This document shows, piece by piece, positions 18,661 through 26,496 of a DNA stretch of 64,000 nucleotides. Position numbers and translations under genes: made by a program. This DNA is from a virus (lineage: Duplodnaviria > Heunggongvirae > Uroviricota > Caudoviricetes). The stretch lies in IMG/VR virus record IMGVR_UViG_3300032167_000028, one strand, 5' to 3'. Numbering within the stretch: the stretch's first letter is position 1; every line of letters begins with the position of its first letter. Below the pieces are notes generated by a model. The model searched no databases, had not been told where the DNA came from, and saw only the letters and a list, made by a program, of their open reading frames with translations.

Positions 18661-20316
18661 TCACTGCTTTTGCCTATTCTGGATTCCATCCCAGATTTCA
18701 GTATACGCCTTGGCAAACGAAGCTTCATTACCAGTCCATCCATAGAGAATCGCGCAGCGCTCAGCCATCTCCGGAATGAGAACATTGTCATATCCAGCAG
18801 TCTGGATAGAGAACACGTTCACCTTTGGATTGACCAAGCGACGATAATCCTGAATGAGCTTAAAGACGTTGATATAGCCAGTATATGCAAATCTGCTGTT
18901 GTCAACCGCATATGTCTTGCCATATTCTCTGCACTGCGTACTAGTGCCATATAGACCGCCGTGTCCAGCCTGCTGATCGGAATAAATAAAGATATTATCC
19001 CAATGCTCCTTATTGTTAATGGCATTCTTAAAGAATTCCCAAATGCCACCTTCAGTAGAGCCACCAACATCATTGTCGCCGCGCTTGGAGATTTCCTTTG
19101 CCTGAGACAATACGCCGCGACGCTTGGAGATTGGTGCAACCTTCAGTCTGTCGCCAAACTTGCCAACATAACCTTCATCAGAGCATGCGGCAGTAATAAC
19201 AGAGGAAAGATTGTCGATTTCAGCGACGCGAACAGAGCCATATTCACTGTTAACCGTACCCCAAGCTGAACCAGAGTTATCGGACAAACACATGGTTTTG
19301 CCCTTCAGCTTCGGATAATTGTCCATTGCAATATCCATGCACTCTTCAAGCGCATTGATAATAATAGGCTTGTGATTACATGAGCTGCTTTCAACCGCCT
19401 TGAGCGCAGAATAATAGCGGAACGGAAACTGCTTACCAGTCAGAACTCCGTCCTTCACTTTATTCATGTACTTCATGCAGAATGCAGAATCGTTCACTTC
19501 AGTGAAGACACCGCGAATATTGCGCAGCAGCGCCATGTGTCCCATGTCAATGGTGTCGAAGATTTCCTTCCAGGACTTACCTTGAGAGCGAAGATTCTCC
19601 CAAGTCTTCTGATCGGTATCAACAGCAATCGTACCGGTCTTCATCAGCTCGTCAATTACAGGAGAATTGGCATGACACAGACGCACCGCGTTAATCAAGC
19701 CAATTTCATGATTCTTATACTTTGCCAGATGATAGCGCTTTGAAGAAGAAATCTTCTTTGCCCAAGAACGCTTGAGAATAGACGGCATACGATTCTTTTT
19801 GCCGCTGTTCTTATACATGAAATATGCCATCTGGCTCATCGGTTCATCTGCACGAGACATCACAGTCTGGTTGATTTCGTCAAATACACCCGGATGCGTC
19901 TGCGTAAAATACTGACGCTTGGGATGCATGGCAGCTCTGACCATGATGACCTGCGGATTCAGACGCATATTGAAGTCCTTGCGAAGCGCGATCGCCCAAG
20001 CGAGTGTACCTTCAAAGTCATAATCCAGCGCCTTATCAATGGCAGCTTCCATGATCTGCTCGGTATTCATGCCATCGTATTTGCTCGGCATGATGGTAAA
20101 GCCCTTTACAAGCTTGTGCTCACAATATTTGCCGCTGCGCTTGCCGTCGCGATAATAAGACGGCTCACCGAAGATAGACGAAGCCGTGATCATCTTGAGC
20201 GTATCAAGGGGGTTAATCTTGTATGAATCGCCGCCCATAAAATTGGTAACGGTTTCATCAAGCCTAAGAGAATTCTGCTGATGCATCTCAGCAACTGCTT
20301 TAGACATCTTGCTCAT
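18661..20316 (-). CDS. TROVE-domain (Ro60/Rsr-like) RNA-binding protein with vWA domain
   Basis: NFMGG, FGEPSYY, HMALLRNIRG, GKQFPFRYYSA, CLSDNSGS (MIDAS), IYSDQQ; start taken at MSKMSK with GGAG RBS. Confidence 0.88.
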   Translation of the reverse strand: MSKMSKAVAEMHQQNSLRLDETVTNFMGGDSYKINPLDTLKMITASSIFGEPSYYRDGKRSGKYCEHKLVKGFTIMPSKYDGMNTEQIMEAAIDKALDYDFEGTLAWAIALRKDFNMRLNPQVIMVRAAMHPKRQYFTQTHPGVFDEINQTVMSRADEPMSQMAYFMYKNSGKKNRMPSILKRSWAKKISSSKRYHLAKYKNHEIGLINAVRLCHANSPVIDELMKTGTIAVDTDQKTWENLRSQGKSWKEIFDTIDMGHMALLRNIRGVFTEVNDSAFCMKYMNKVKDGVLTGKQFPFRYYSALKAVESSSCNHKPIIINALEECMDIAMDNYPKLKGKTMCLSDNSGSAWGTVNSEYGSVRVAEIDNLSSVITAACSDEGYVGKFGDRLKVAPISKRRGVLSQAKEISKRGDNDVGGSTEGGIWEFFKNAINNKEHWDNIFIYSDQQAGHGGLYGTSTQCREYGKTYAVDNSRFAYTGYINVFKLIQDYRRLVNPKVNVFSIQTAGYDNVLIPEMAERCAILYGWTGNEASFAKAYTEIWDGIQNRQKQ

Positions 20317-20332
20317 AATTGAGCTCCTTTCA

Positions 20333-20515
20333 TCAATAATTAGGTCTATACCAAGGTCCATCAAAAGAATCATCTACACACTGCGTAGCAAGACAACATG
20401 GACAGATCAGATAATCGACAGCTAAGCGAACCCTGCCGTCATTTCTTCGATCTTTAAACCACACTGGTTCCATTTGAACTCCACACTCATTGCATACAAT
20501 GTCAGCTAATGTCAT
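20333..20515 (-). CDS. small zinc-ribbon protein
   Basis: CNEC...CPCC; AGGAGG RBS. Confidence 0.55.
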   Translation of the reverse strand: MTLADIVCNECGVQMEPVWFKDRRNDGRVRLAVDYLICPCCLATQCVDDSFDGPWYRPNY

Positions 20516-20535
20516 AATGGTCCTCCTTATAAAAT

Positions 20536-20940
20536 TGGTGGAGATGACGGGAATCGAACCCGTGTCCAAATTACAAACCTTCAAAAACGTACTTACGCAA
20601 TAGTCATTGTTTCGAGTGTTCGATTGCTAACTGACAAAAAGCAATCATGGAAGCCAAACCCAATGACAGGTCATATCCATTTAAGGGTGCACTGAAGTGC
20701 CATCCACCACGCAGTTTAATTTGCCCGCAAACTGAGAAAACGGGTGTCGATATTCTATCTTTGATCCTCATATGCTTACCGAATATCAGGTGCATCATTT
20801 TGGAGGTCAGTCTCGCTTACGCGAGAGCGAAGACCGGAGTACGGAAAAAGTTGAGATTTATTCTCTGTCTTTGATCCTTAACGCGGATCATTCGTGCGTG
20901 TTCTTGCTTATTTGCAACCTGTCGAAACCAAAACATCCCC
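20536..20940 (-). ncRNA. ssrA: tmRNA
   Basis: 5' GGGGATGTTTTGGTTTCGACAGG; 3' GGTTCGATTCCCGTCATCTCCACCA; internal tag frame ending ...RTPVFALA-TAA. Confidence 0.93.
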
Positions 20941-21135
20941 ATAAAAGACGACCCGGAGCGAATCACAGAGTCGTCAGAGCAGAGCTAGTCATGCTCAGTG
21001 AGTCGTAGGCTTCATGCAACATCGCTCGGTGACTAGTGTAGCAATGCTAGTGGATATTGCGAATCAACCTTAAGCTGCGCTTATTGCTACGTTACGCAAC
21101 TAATGGGGTACGACGCTCCATTGCCCTCTGTGAGC

Positions 21136-21212
21136 TGGTCCGGGTGGAGGGATTCGAACCCCCGACTTCATGCTCCCAAAGCACGTGCGCTACCAAACTG
21201 CGCTATACCCCG
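21136..21212 (-). tRNA. trnP: tRNA-Pro(TGG)
   Basis: CGTGC TTTGGGA GCATG; two acceptor-stem mismatches. Confidence 0.85.
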
Positions 21213-21218
21213 ATAAAC

Positions 21219-21359
21219 AAGACACATTAGTTTTATTATTTACGCGCTCTAACCAACTGAGCTAATTCCCACACTCTAGTGGGAATATAGGACTCGAACC
21301 TACGACCTCGTGCTCCCTAAGCATTAATTAAACTTGAAAAGAATTGCTGTATGTGTCTT
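21219..21359 (-). ncRNA. CAGCAA-module RNA copy E carrying a permuted tRNA-Pro(AGG)-like body (YrlA-like order)
   Basis: AAGACACAT/ATGTGTCTT stem; GC-TTAGGGA-GCACG, T-arm, looped acceptor ATTCCCA/TGGGAAT, D-arm, CGT. Confidence 0.8.
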
Positions 21360-21373
21360 AACTTTATATTAAT

Positions 21374-21402
21374 ATTATATATTAAATTTTTATTTTTGTC
21401 AA
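21374..21402 (-). promoter_or_regulatory. sigma70-type promoter directly upstream of RNA copy E
   Basis: TTGACA-17-TATAAT. Confidence 0.85.
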
Positions 21403-21407
21403 AAAAC

Positions 21408-21520
21408 AAGACGCTGTAAATTGCATATGGGATTCGAACCCATGTAATTTTCTTGGAAGGAAAATGTCTTAACCACTTGACAAATGCTATTGAGTATTAC
21501 TCATTTGCTGAAAGCGTCTT
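21408..21520 (-). ncRNA. CAGCAA-module RNA copy F enclosing a complete tRNA-like cloverleaf (TCC anticodon, no CCA)
   Basis: AAGACGCT/AGCGTCTT stem; ATAGCAT..TGTC AAGTGGTTAA GACA TTTTC CTTCCAA GAAAA..ATGGG TTCGAAT CCCAT ATGCAAT. Confidence 0.75.
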
Positions 21521-21526
21521 AATAAA

Positions 21527-21724
21527 TTACCAACTTCTCAAGAGAGGAGCATCATGTGGCATTGAAACAAAATACGAACGCTTTTTACCACACTTAGGAC
21601 ACTCTTGAATTTCCGAAAGGCATTCATTCTTAACTCCGTCCATCCACTGAGAAAAACGATAAGAATCAATTGCCTGCCAATTGTGCCGGCAAAATAACTG
21701 TTGCAACTTTACCATGCACTTCAC
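21527..21724 (-). CDS. small hypothetical protein (LFCRHNW...CPKCGK, DUF1660-like)
   Basis: Motif similarity to phage FC.H.W proteins. Confidence 0.55.
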   Translation of the reverse strand: MKCMVKLQQLFCRHNWQAIDSYRFSQWMDGVKNECLSEIQECPKCGKKRSYFVSMPHDAPLLRSW

Positions 21725-21758
21725 TCCTTTGAAGTTTATATTTGCGGATCACTTCCGC

Positions 21759-22349
21759 TTAATAATCATAAGGAAGAAAATTATACTGCCAAGAGGGTTT
21801 ACGTTTCATGAAGTCATCAAAATTTCCAATTGAATTTTGATTATTTTCAAGAAAATCTCTAACTTGATGCTCTGCGTCATCATTAATAATAACAACTTTA
21901 GCCCAGTTACTTTCAGCAGTATGTTTAATTTGACTGGAAATAGAAGTATAAAAAGAAGTACCAATAATTAATAGAATGTCGTCTTTAGACAATCTATCAA
22001 CAATGTCTAATGCTTCTGTATATTTAGGGGCAGAATCACCATAAAGAACTACGTTATTTTTTTCAGCGTTACCGTGAACCTCAACAACATATTGAGAACC
22101 GGCACGATTATGAAGCCCATCAATATTCATAGTAATTACTGGAATATTATATTCAGCAAGTGCTTTATGAGCGTCATTGGGTTCTGCGACTTTGCAAGTA
22201 TCAATAAGCTGCTGCATAATTTTATTAAATTCTTTACGATGATGAGTAGCAAAATAACGATCTAATTTAGTTCTTAGATCACCTTGTTCATCAAAAGTGG
22301 GAATGCCGCTTGCCTTACTAATTCCTGCACCAGTAAAAGCGATAATCAT
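21759..22349 (-). CDS. Sir2/CobB-family NAD-dependent deacylase
   Basis: FTGAGIS..SGIPTF, ITMNIDGLH..AG, EVHG, IGTS. Confidence 0.9.
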   Translation of the reverse strand: MIIAFTGAGISKASGIPTFDEQGDLRTKLDRYFATHHRKEFNKIMQQLIDTCKVAEPNDAHKALAEYNIPVITMNIDGLHNRAGSQYVVEVHGNAEKNNVVLYGDSAPKYTEALDIVDRLSKDDILLIIGTSFYTSISSQIKHTAESNWAKVVIINDDAEHQVRDFLENNQNSIGNFDDFMKRKPSWQYNFLPYDY

Positions 22350-22469
22350 AGTTCTTTCTCTCTCCTTTTATTTGGAACGATAGAGGGAACCGAAGCCATT
22401 AAGACCGTCGTACATAATGCTAAATTTGTGGAATTGTATATCCTAGGTGGATTTCCGACCCCATATCGT

Positions 22470-22546
22470 TGGTCGGGCATTTTGGAATCGAACCAAAGAC
22501 CTCTGCGTTATCAGCACAGCGCTCTAACCGTCTGAGCTAATGCCCG
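22470..22546 (-). tRNA. trnI: tRNA-Ile(GAT)
   Basis: Cloverleaf, loop CTGATAA. Confidence 0.92.
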
Positions 22547-22721
22547 ATAAATGCCTACAACAACCGACAAGTAGGACTTTTAAAAATGGGTTCGCCTGCA
22601 ATGGTAAGGCGACTATCTGCCCCGACGGTTTCCACTACTCTCCATAGTTAATTTTACTTCGCCTGCTAGGCCAGGCATTATCAGATAGTTCAAAGTGTTT
22701 TAATGGATAACACATAACCAT

Positions 22722-22797
<76 letters not shown>

Positions 22798-22806
22798 ATA
22801 TGCGGC

Positions 22807-23037
22807 TTAGCCGCTGTAATAGACATAATTGTAAACAATACCACCAACGCTAGAGGTTAAATCTTCAATCGCATCGTCTTCATATACATATGTCCAGCCA
22901 TAAGAATTGCAAGCATTAGAAACATCCTGCTCTTTGTAATCGGCAATATATTCATTTGCTTTTTCTGCGGACATAGCTGCAATCAAAGCAAAACCGCCAT
23001 AACAATTACCAGGATTCATGTGATATACTTTATACAT
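22807..23037 (-). CDS. hypothetical protein
   Basis: Start MYKVYH with GGAG RBS. Confidence 0.55.
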   Translation of the reverse strand: MYKVYHMNPGNCYGGFALIAAMSAEKANEYIADYKEQDVSNACNSYGWTYVYEDDAIEDLTSSVGGIVYNYVYYSG

Positions 23038-23503
23038 TATGTTCTCCTCCATAATAATCAGCAATGGGGGCTGGTACAAAACGCTTAATTGAAAACTTAT
23101 TTTCAATTAAACCGCGTACCATAGTAGAAGAAATATTGTATACAGCAGGAAGAAAAACCGTTGGAATAGTGGCATTTAAATAACGATTAGCATCGTTAAT
23201 TTCTAGCTCATATTCATAATCAGCACGATTTCTAATGCCACGAATGATACAATCACAATTTAATTCTTCGGCTTTCTCAATAGTAAGGTTGTCATAAGAA
23301 ACAATCTCACAATTAGAAATTCCTTCAAGTTCTAAAGTTTTCTTGATTAAAGATGCCATTGGAGCAGAATGAAAACGTGATTTTCGTGGATTTCTTCCAA
23401 TACCAATATATACTTTATCAAACAACTTAGATGCAATTTTTACTACATAAAGATGTCCATTTGTAAAAGGATCAAAAGAACCGGGATAAAAAGCTGTACT
23501 CAT
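23030..23503 (-). CDS. coaD: phosphopantetheine adenylyltransferase (CoaD)-like nucleotidyltransferase
   Basis: YPGSFDPFTNGH, IIRGIR...DYEYEL, ISSTMVR. Confidence 0.88.
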   Translation of the reverse strand: MSTAFYPGSFDPFTNGHLYVVKIASKLFDKVYIGIGRNPRKSRFHSAPMASLIKKTLELEGISNCEIVSYDNLTIEKAEELNCDCIIRGIRNRADYEYELEINDANRYLNATIPTVFLPAVYNISSTMVRGLIENKFSIKRFVPAPIADYYGGEHNV

Positions 23504-23506
23504 TTA

Positions 23507-23779
23507 TTACTTATCCTCATCATCATAATATTCACCATGCTGGCAGTGTTTACATTGATCATCAAGCTCTTCGGGAAGTTTATCACCGTATAGCTCATAA
23601 TACCACTCTCTATCATAGCGATAAATATAAGCTGGATCATGAATACAATGCATTTCATTAAACTTACAAGTCGGATTATATGGCTTATAATAATTATAAT
23701 AGTGTTTATATGCCGGATTGCGCGTACAATCTTTACACAGATTTTCATCTGCAACACAATCATTACAAGCTCGTGCCAT
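23507..23779 (-). CDS. Cys-rich hypothetical protein
   Basis: Multiple CxxC. Confidence 0.55.
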   Translation of the reverse strand: MARACNDCVADENLCKDCTRNPAYKHYYNYYKPYNPTCKFNEMHCIHDPAYIYRYDREWYYELYGDKLPEELDDQCKHCQHGEYYDDEDK

Positions 23780-23805
23780 TTATATTCGCTCCTTTTGATT
23801 ACATA

Positions 23806-23890
23806 TGGTGGGGCACGAGGGACTTGAACCCTCACGTTATAAAACACTAGAACCTAAATCTAGCGTGTCTGCCAATTCCACCAGCACCCC
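23806..23890 (-). tRNA. trnL: tRNA-Leu(TAG)
   Basis: Class II, loop TTTAGGT. Confidence 0.92.
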
Positions 23891-24027
23891 ATAATGTGGT
23901 TCCTTGGCCTAGGATACCACTTACCCAACACTTTCCTTGAATCTGACCCCGAAGCTTCTGTTATATTCACTGGGCGGTAGTTGTGTCACCGGATAGTTTT
24001 TAATGGCTTTGACACTATCAAAACCGC

Positions 24028-24110
24028 TGGTGCAGATAGAGAGATTTGAACTCTCACGCTTTAGGCACAGCAACCTCAATGCTGCGTGTCTGCCATTCCA
24101 CCATATCTGC
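24028..24110 (-). tRNA. trnL: tRNA-Leu(GAG)
   Basis: Class II, loop TTGAGGT. Confidence 0.92.
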
Positions 24111-24545
24111 TTAGGTATGTCTCTTTCCTTCTATTTTTTGAATAGAATGACAATTTGGACACAATATTTGTAAATTATTTAATTCGTTATTAAAATGATT
24201 TCCATCTTTATGATGAAGTTCTAATGTTAGAGGTTCACCCAACCATTCAGATAATCCACATAATTCACATTCTTGTTTCTTTATGTTTTCTCTAAATAAT
24301 TTTTCTTTAAGAACAGAAGATTTAATATATTTTTCAGTACCAAAATATTCATAAGCTGATTTATAACAACTTGTAGTTCTACCAACTTTACTCTATTGAC
24401 CCTCATACTTAATTCCCATTTTTTCTAAATAAGAATTTAAAGTATGTTGTTTACATTTAAGTTGCTAACTTATCCAAACTTTAGGTTTTTGTTCTTGAAT
24501 CCACTAAAGAATTTCCTCTTTACGTTCTAAAATATCTGTTCTCAT
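24111..24545 (-). CDS. HNH homing endonuclease (3 in-frame TAG), missing from the ORF track
   Basis: ATG 24545 to TAA 24111; CELCG...LELHHKDGNHFNNELNNLQILCPNCH. Confidence 0.85.
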
Positions 24546-24565
24546 AAAATCACCTTAAAACAAAA

Positions 24566-24651
24566 TGGTGGGAGAGGTAGGAATCGAACCTACGGTGTTT
24601 CTTTGTGGGGGATTTACAGTCCCTTGCCCTCGCCGCTAGGCATACTCTCCC
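24566..24651 (-). tRNA. trnY: tRNA-Tyr(GTA)
   Basis: Class II, loop CTGTAAA. Confidence 0.92.
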
Positions 24652-24976
24652 ATATATTAGCATATCTACACCCTGAACTTAATCAGGCTCAAGCATTCCC
24701 GCCTCACACGTCCTCGATATGCCGCACTTTGGTAAGCACCAAATATGTTGCGTAGTCTACTTGCAACCTAACCACGACTAATATTATCCGACTTTCACGG
24801 AACACCCTTCGGTTGTCGCCCACCTTCTGGAATTGGCTTAACCCTTAACTATTCACCACTCAAGTTAAGTATAGGAGTCACTCCACCGTTTCTAGTTTAG
24901 GTCGAAACGCTTTTCTCATACGCAAAATACCTGGGCCTCAGTTATGATTCCTGCTAGCGAAAGCATAACTTCTAGC

Positions 24977-25052
24977 TGGTGCGAAGTGACGGACTCGAAC
25001 CGCCGACCCTCTGCTTGTAAGGCAGATGCTCTCCCAACTGAGCTAACCTCGC
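24977..25052 (-). tRNA. trnV: tRNA-Val(TAC)
   Basis: Cloverleaf, loop CTTACAA. Confidence 0.93.
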
Positions 25053-25338
25053 ATAAAAGAATAGATGAAGTTCGATTACAAGCTAGGCACGCGGCCAGAC
25101 GGAAGTTCATCTCGTCCATAACTCTCCCAATCCGCATCTATTCTGTAATAGGCTGTGAAAACGGAAGGAACACAGCTTTAGAGGGTTTAAGTACCTCTTT
25201 CTTCCAGATGGTACCATTTCTGGCGTAATCTCCGTTACATCGACGTATTTTGTTGACCTTTGCGACTTGACTTTATCAAGTATTCAACAGGATTGAAACG
25301 TCTCCAAACCTACGGATGCCAACCCGCTGCTCCGGCAT

Positions 25339-25413
25339 TGGTGGCTTGGGTTGGTAACGATCCAACCTATGTGGATTTTCAGTCCACTGCTAATCCGTCT
25401 CAGCTACCAAGCC
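25339..25413 (-). tRNA. trnF: tRNA-Phe(GAA), non-canonical T-loop ATCGTTA
   Basis: GTGGA CTGAAAA TCCAC; paired acceptor; CCA. Confidence 0.82.
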
Positions 25414-25419
25414 ATATAG

Positions 25420-25495
25420 TGGTGCGGGATTAGGGATTCGAACCCTAGGCTTACTGATTAAGAGTCAGCTACTCTACCAGCTGAGTTAATCCCGC
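25420..25495 (-). tRNA. trnK: tRNA-Lys(CTT)
   Basis: Cloverleaf, loop CTCTTAA. Confidence 0.92.
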
Positions 25496-25500
25496 GAACC

Positions 25501-25566
25501 AAGGCAGAATTATAATCTTTAGATCCACAAACTTCTAAATATAATTTGAATTGCTGAACCTGCCTT
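25501..25566 (-). ncRNA. CAGCAA-module small RNA, copy K (short)
   Basis: AAGGCAG-GTT-CAGCAAT ... CTGCCTT; internal TTTAGA/TCTAAA hairpin. Confidence 0.65.
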
Positions 25567-25569
25567 ATA

Positions 25570-25899
25570 TTATTGAAACATTTCACAAACGCTTTCAGGG
25601 TCGTTGGTGTCGTTATACAAACGTTCACATTCTTCGACAGAAGTAGCTTTAGGAAGAGGAATAGTGTCCCAAGCATAATGTTCTAAGACAAAATCTCCTA
25701 ATTCCTCTTCGTCCAAATCTTCAAAGCCTTCAAGATATTCATCTTCAAGACCATAGGAAGAAATTAACGAATCACACATTTCCTGAGCTGTGGCAATAAG
25801 ACTCTCATCTTCTTCACTCTCAGCTTCAATGAAACCCCATTCTTCTATCCCATGATAACCACCGTAAACATCTTCATAGGCATGAATTGCGTAAATCAT
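25570..25899 (-). CDS. acidic hypothetical protein
   Basis: GAGG RBS; Glu/Asp-rich. Confidence 0.6.
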   Translation of the reverse strand: MIYAIHAYEDVYGGYHGIEEWGFIEAESEEDESLIATAQEMCDSLISSYGLEDEYLEGFEDLDEEELGDFVLEHYAWDTIPLPKATSVEECERLYNDTNDPESVCEMFQ

Positions 25900-25916
25900 A
25901 ACAACATCCTCTCAAA

Positions 25917-26003
25917 TGGTGGGGATAGTGGGACTCGAACCCACACGACTTCGCAGTCAGCGGATTTTAAGTCCGCGTCGTCTGCCAGTTCCGACATAAC
26001 CCC
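25917..26003 (-). tRNA. trnL: tRNA-Leu(TAA)
   Basis: Class II, loop CTTAAAA. Confidence 0.92.
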
Positions 26004-26023
26004 GTTTCTTATCTTGTATATAT

Positions 26024-26052
26024 ATTATACATTGTTTTTTGAAATTTGTCAA
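26024..26052 (-). promoter_or_regulatory. sigma70-type promoter
   Basis: TTGACA-17-TATAAT. Confidence 0.8.
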
Positions 26053-26061
26053 TTTTTTTAA

Positions 26062-26153
26062 TGGCGTAGCCCCTGGGACTTGAACCCAGACACCGTTTCA
26101 CCGATTACTGCTCGCTTTCCAAGCGAGTGCCTTACCATTAGGCTTAGGGCTAC
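26062..26153 (-). tRNA. trnS: tRNA-Ser(GGA)
   Basis: Class II, loop TTGGAAA. Confidence 0.9.
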
Positions 26154-26313
26154 ATAAATTCTAACACTCTTTAAGATTCTCTGTTAGATGAACTACGAGA
26201 TGCTTACTTACCGAAATACTCATGCACTTTCCTTCGGTTCGTCTGATTAAAATCCAGTAATACCGCGGTCTGTTAATATAACACCGCTATGGAACTTTCT
26301 CACACTTGGATTC

Positions 26314-26406
26314 TGGCGGAGCCGGAGAGACTCGAACTCTCGCACCGGTTTTACCCGATCTGGCGGTTTAGCAAACCGCTCCCTTCACCGACTTGGGTAC
26401 AGCTCC
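26314..26406 (-). tRNA. trnS: tRNA-Ser(GCT)
   Basis: Class II, loop TTGCTAA. Confidence 0.92.
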
Positions 26407-26409
26407 ATA

Positions 26410-26485
26410 TGGTACGGGAACTGGGAATCGAACCCAGATTGTAGATTTAGAAGACCTATGCCCTTATCCTTTAGACTATTCCCGC
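26410..26485 (-). tRNA. trnR: tRNA-Arg(TCT)
   Basis: Cloverleaf, loop CTTCTAA. Confidence 0.88.
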
Positions 26486-26496
26486 GTAGTCAAAAA

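Noticed and set aside
18597-20226. Plus-strand and alternate-frame ORFs within the TROVE gene, and similar ones throughout the window
   Set aside because: Antisense shadows of well-supported genes, without RBS or motifs.
20955-20990. CTGACGA resembling a hammerhead ribozyme core
   Set aside because: No correctly placed GAAA and stem II/III arrangement.
20604-21008. ORFs 20604-20798, 20647-20874 and 20772-21008
   Set aside because: They overlap the tmRNA, which explains the sequence.
26155-26310. RNase P-like words (GAGAAAGTTC, GGAAAGTGC, AACAGA) on the minus strand
   Set aside because: Only about 150 nt, and I could not build the P4 helix or a P1 closing stem. A cmsearch with the RNase P models would be needed to revive it.
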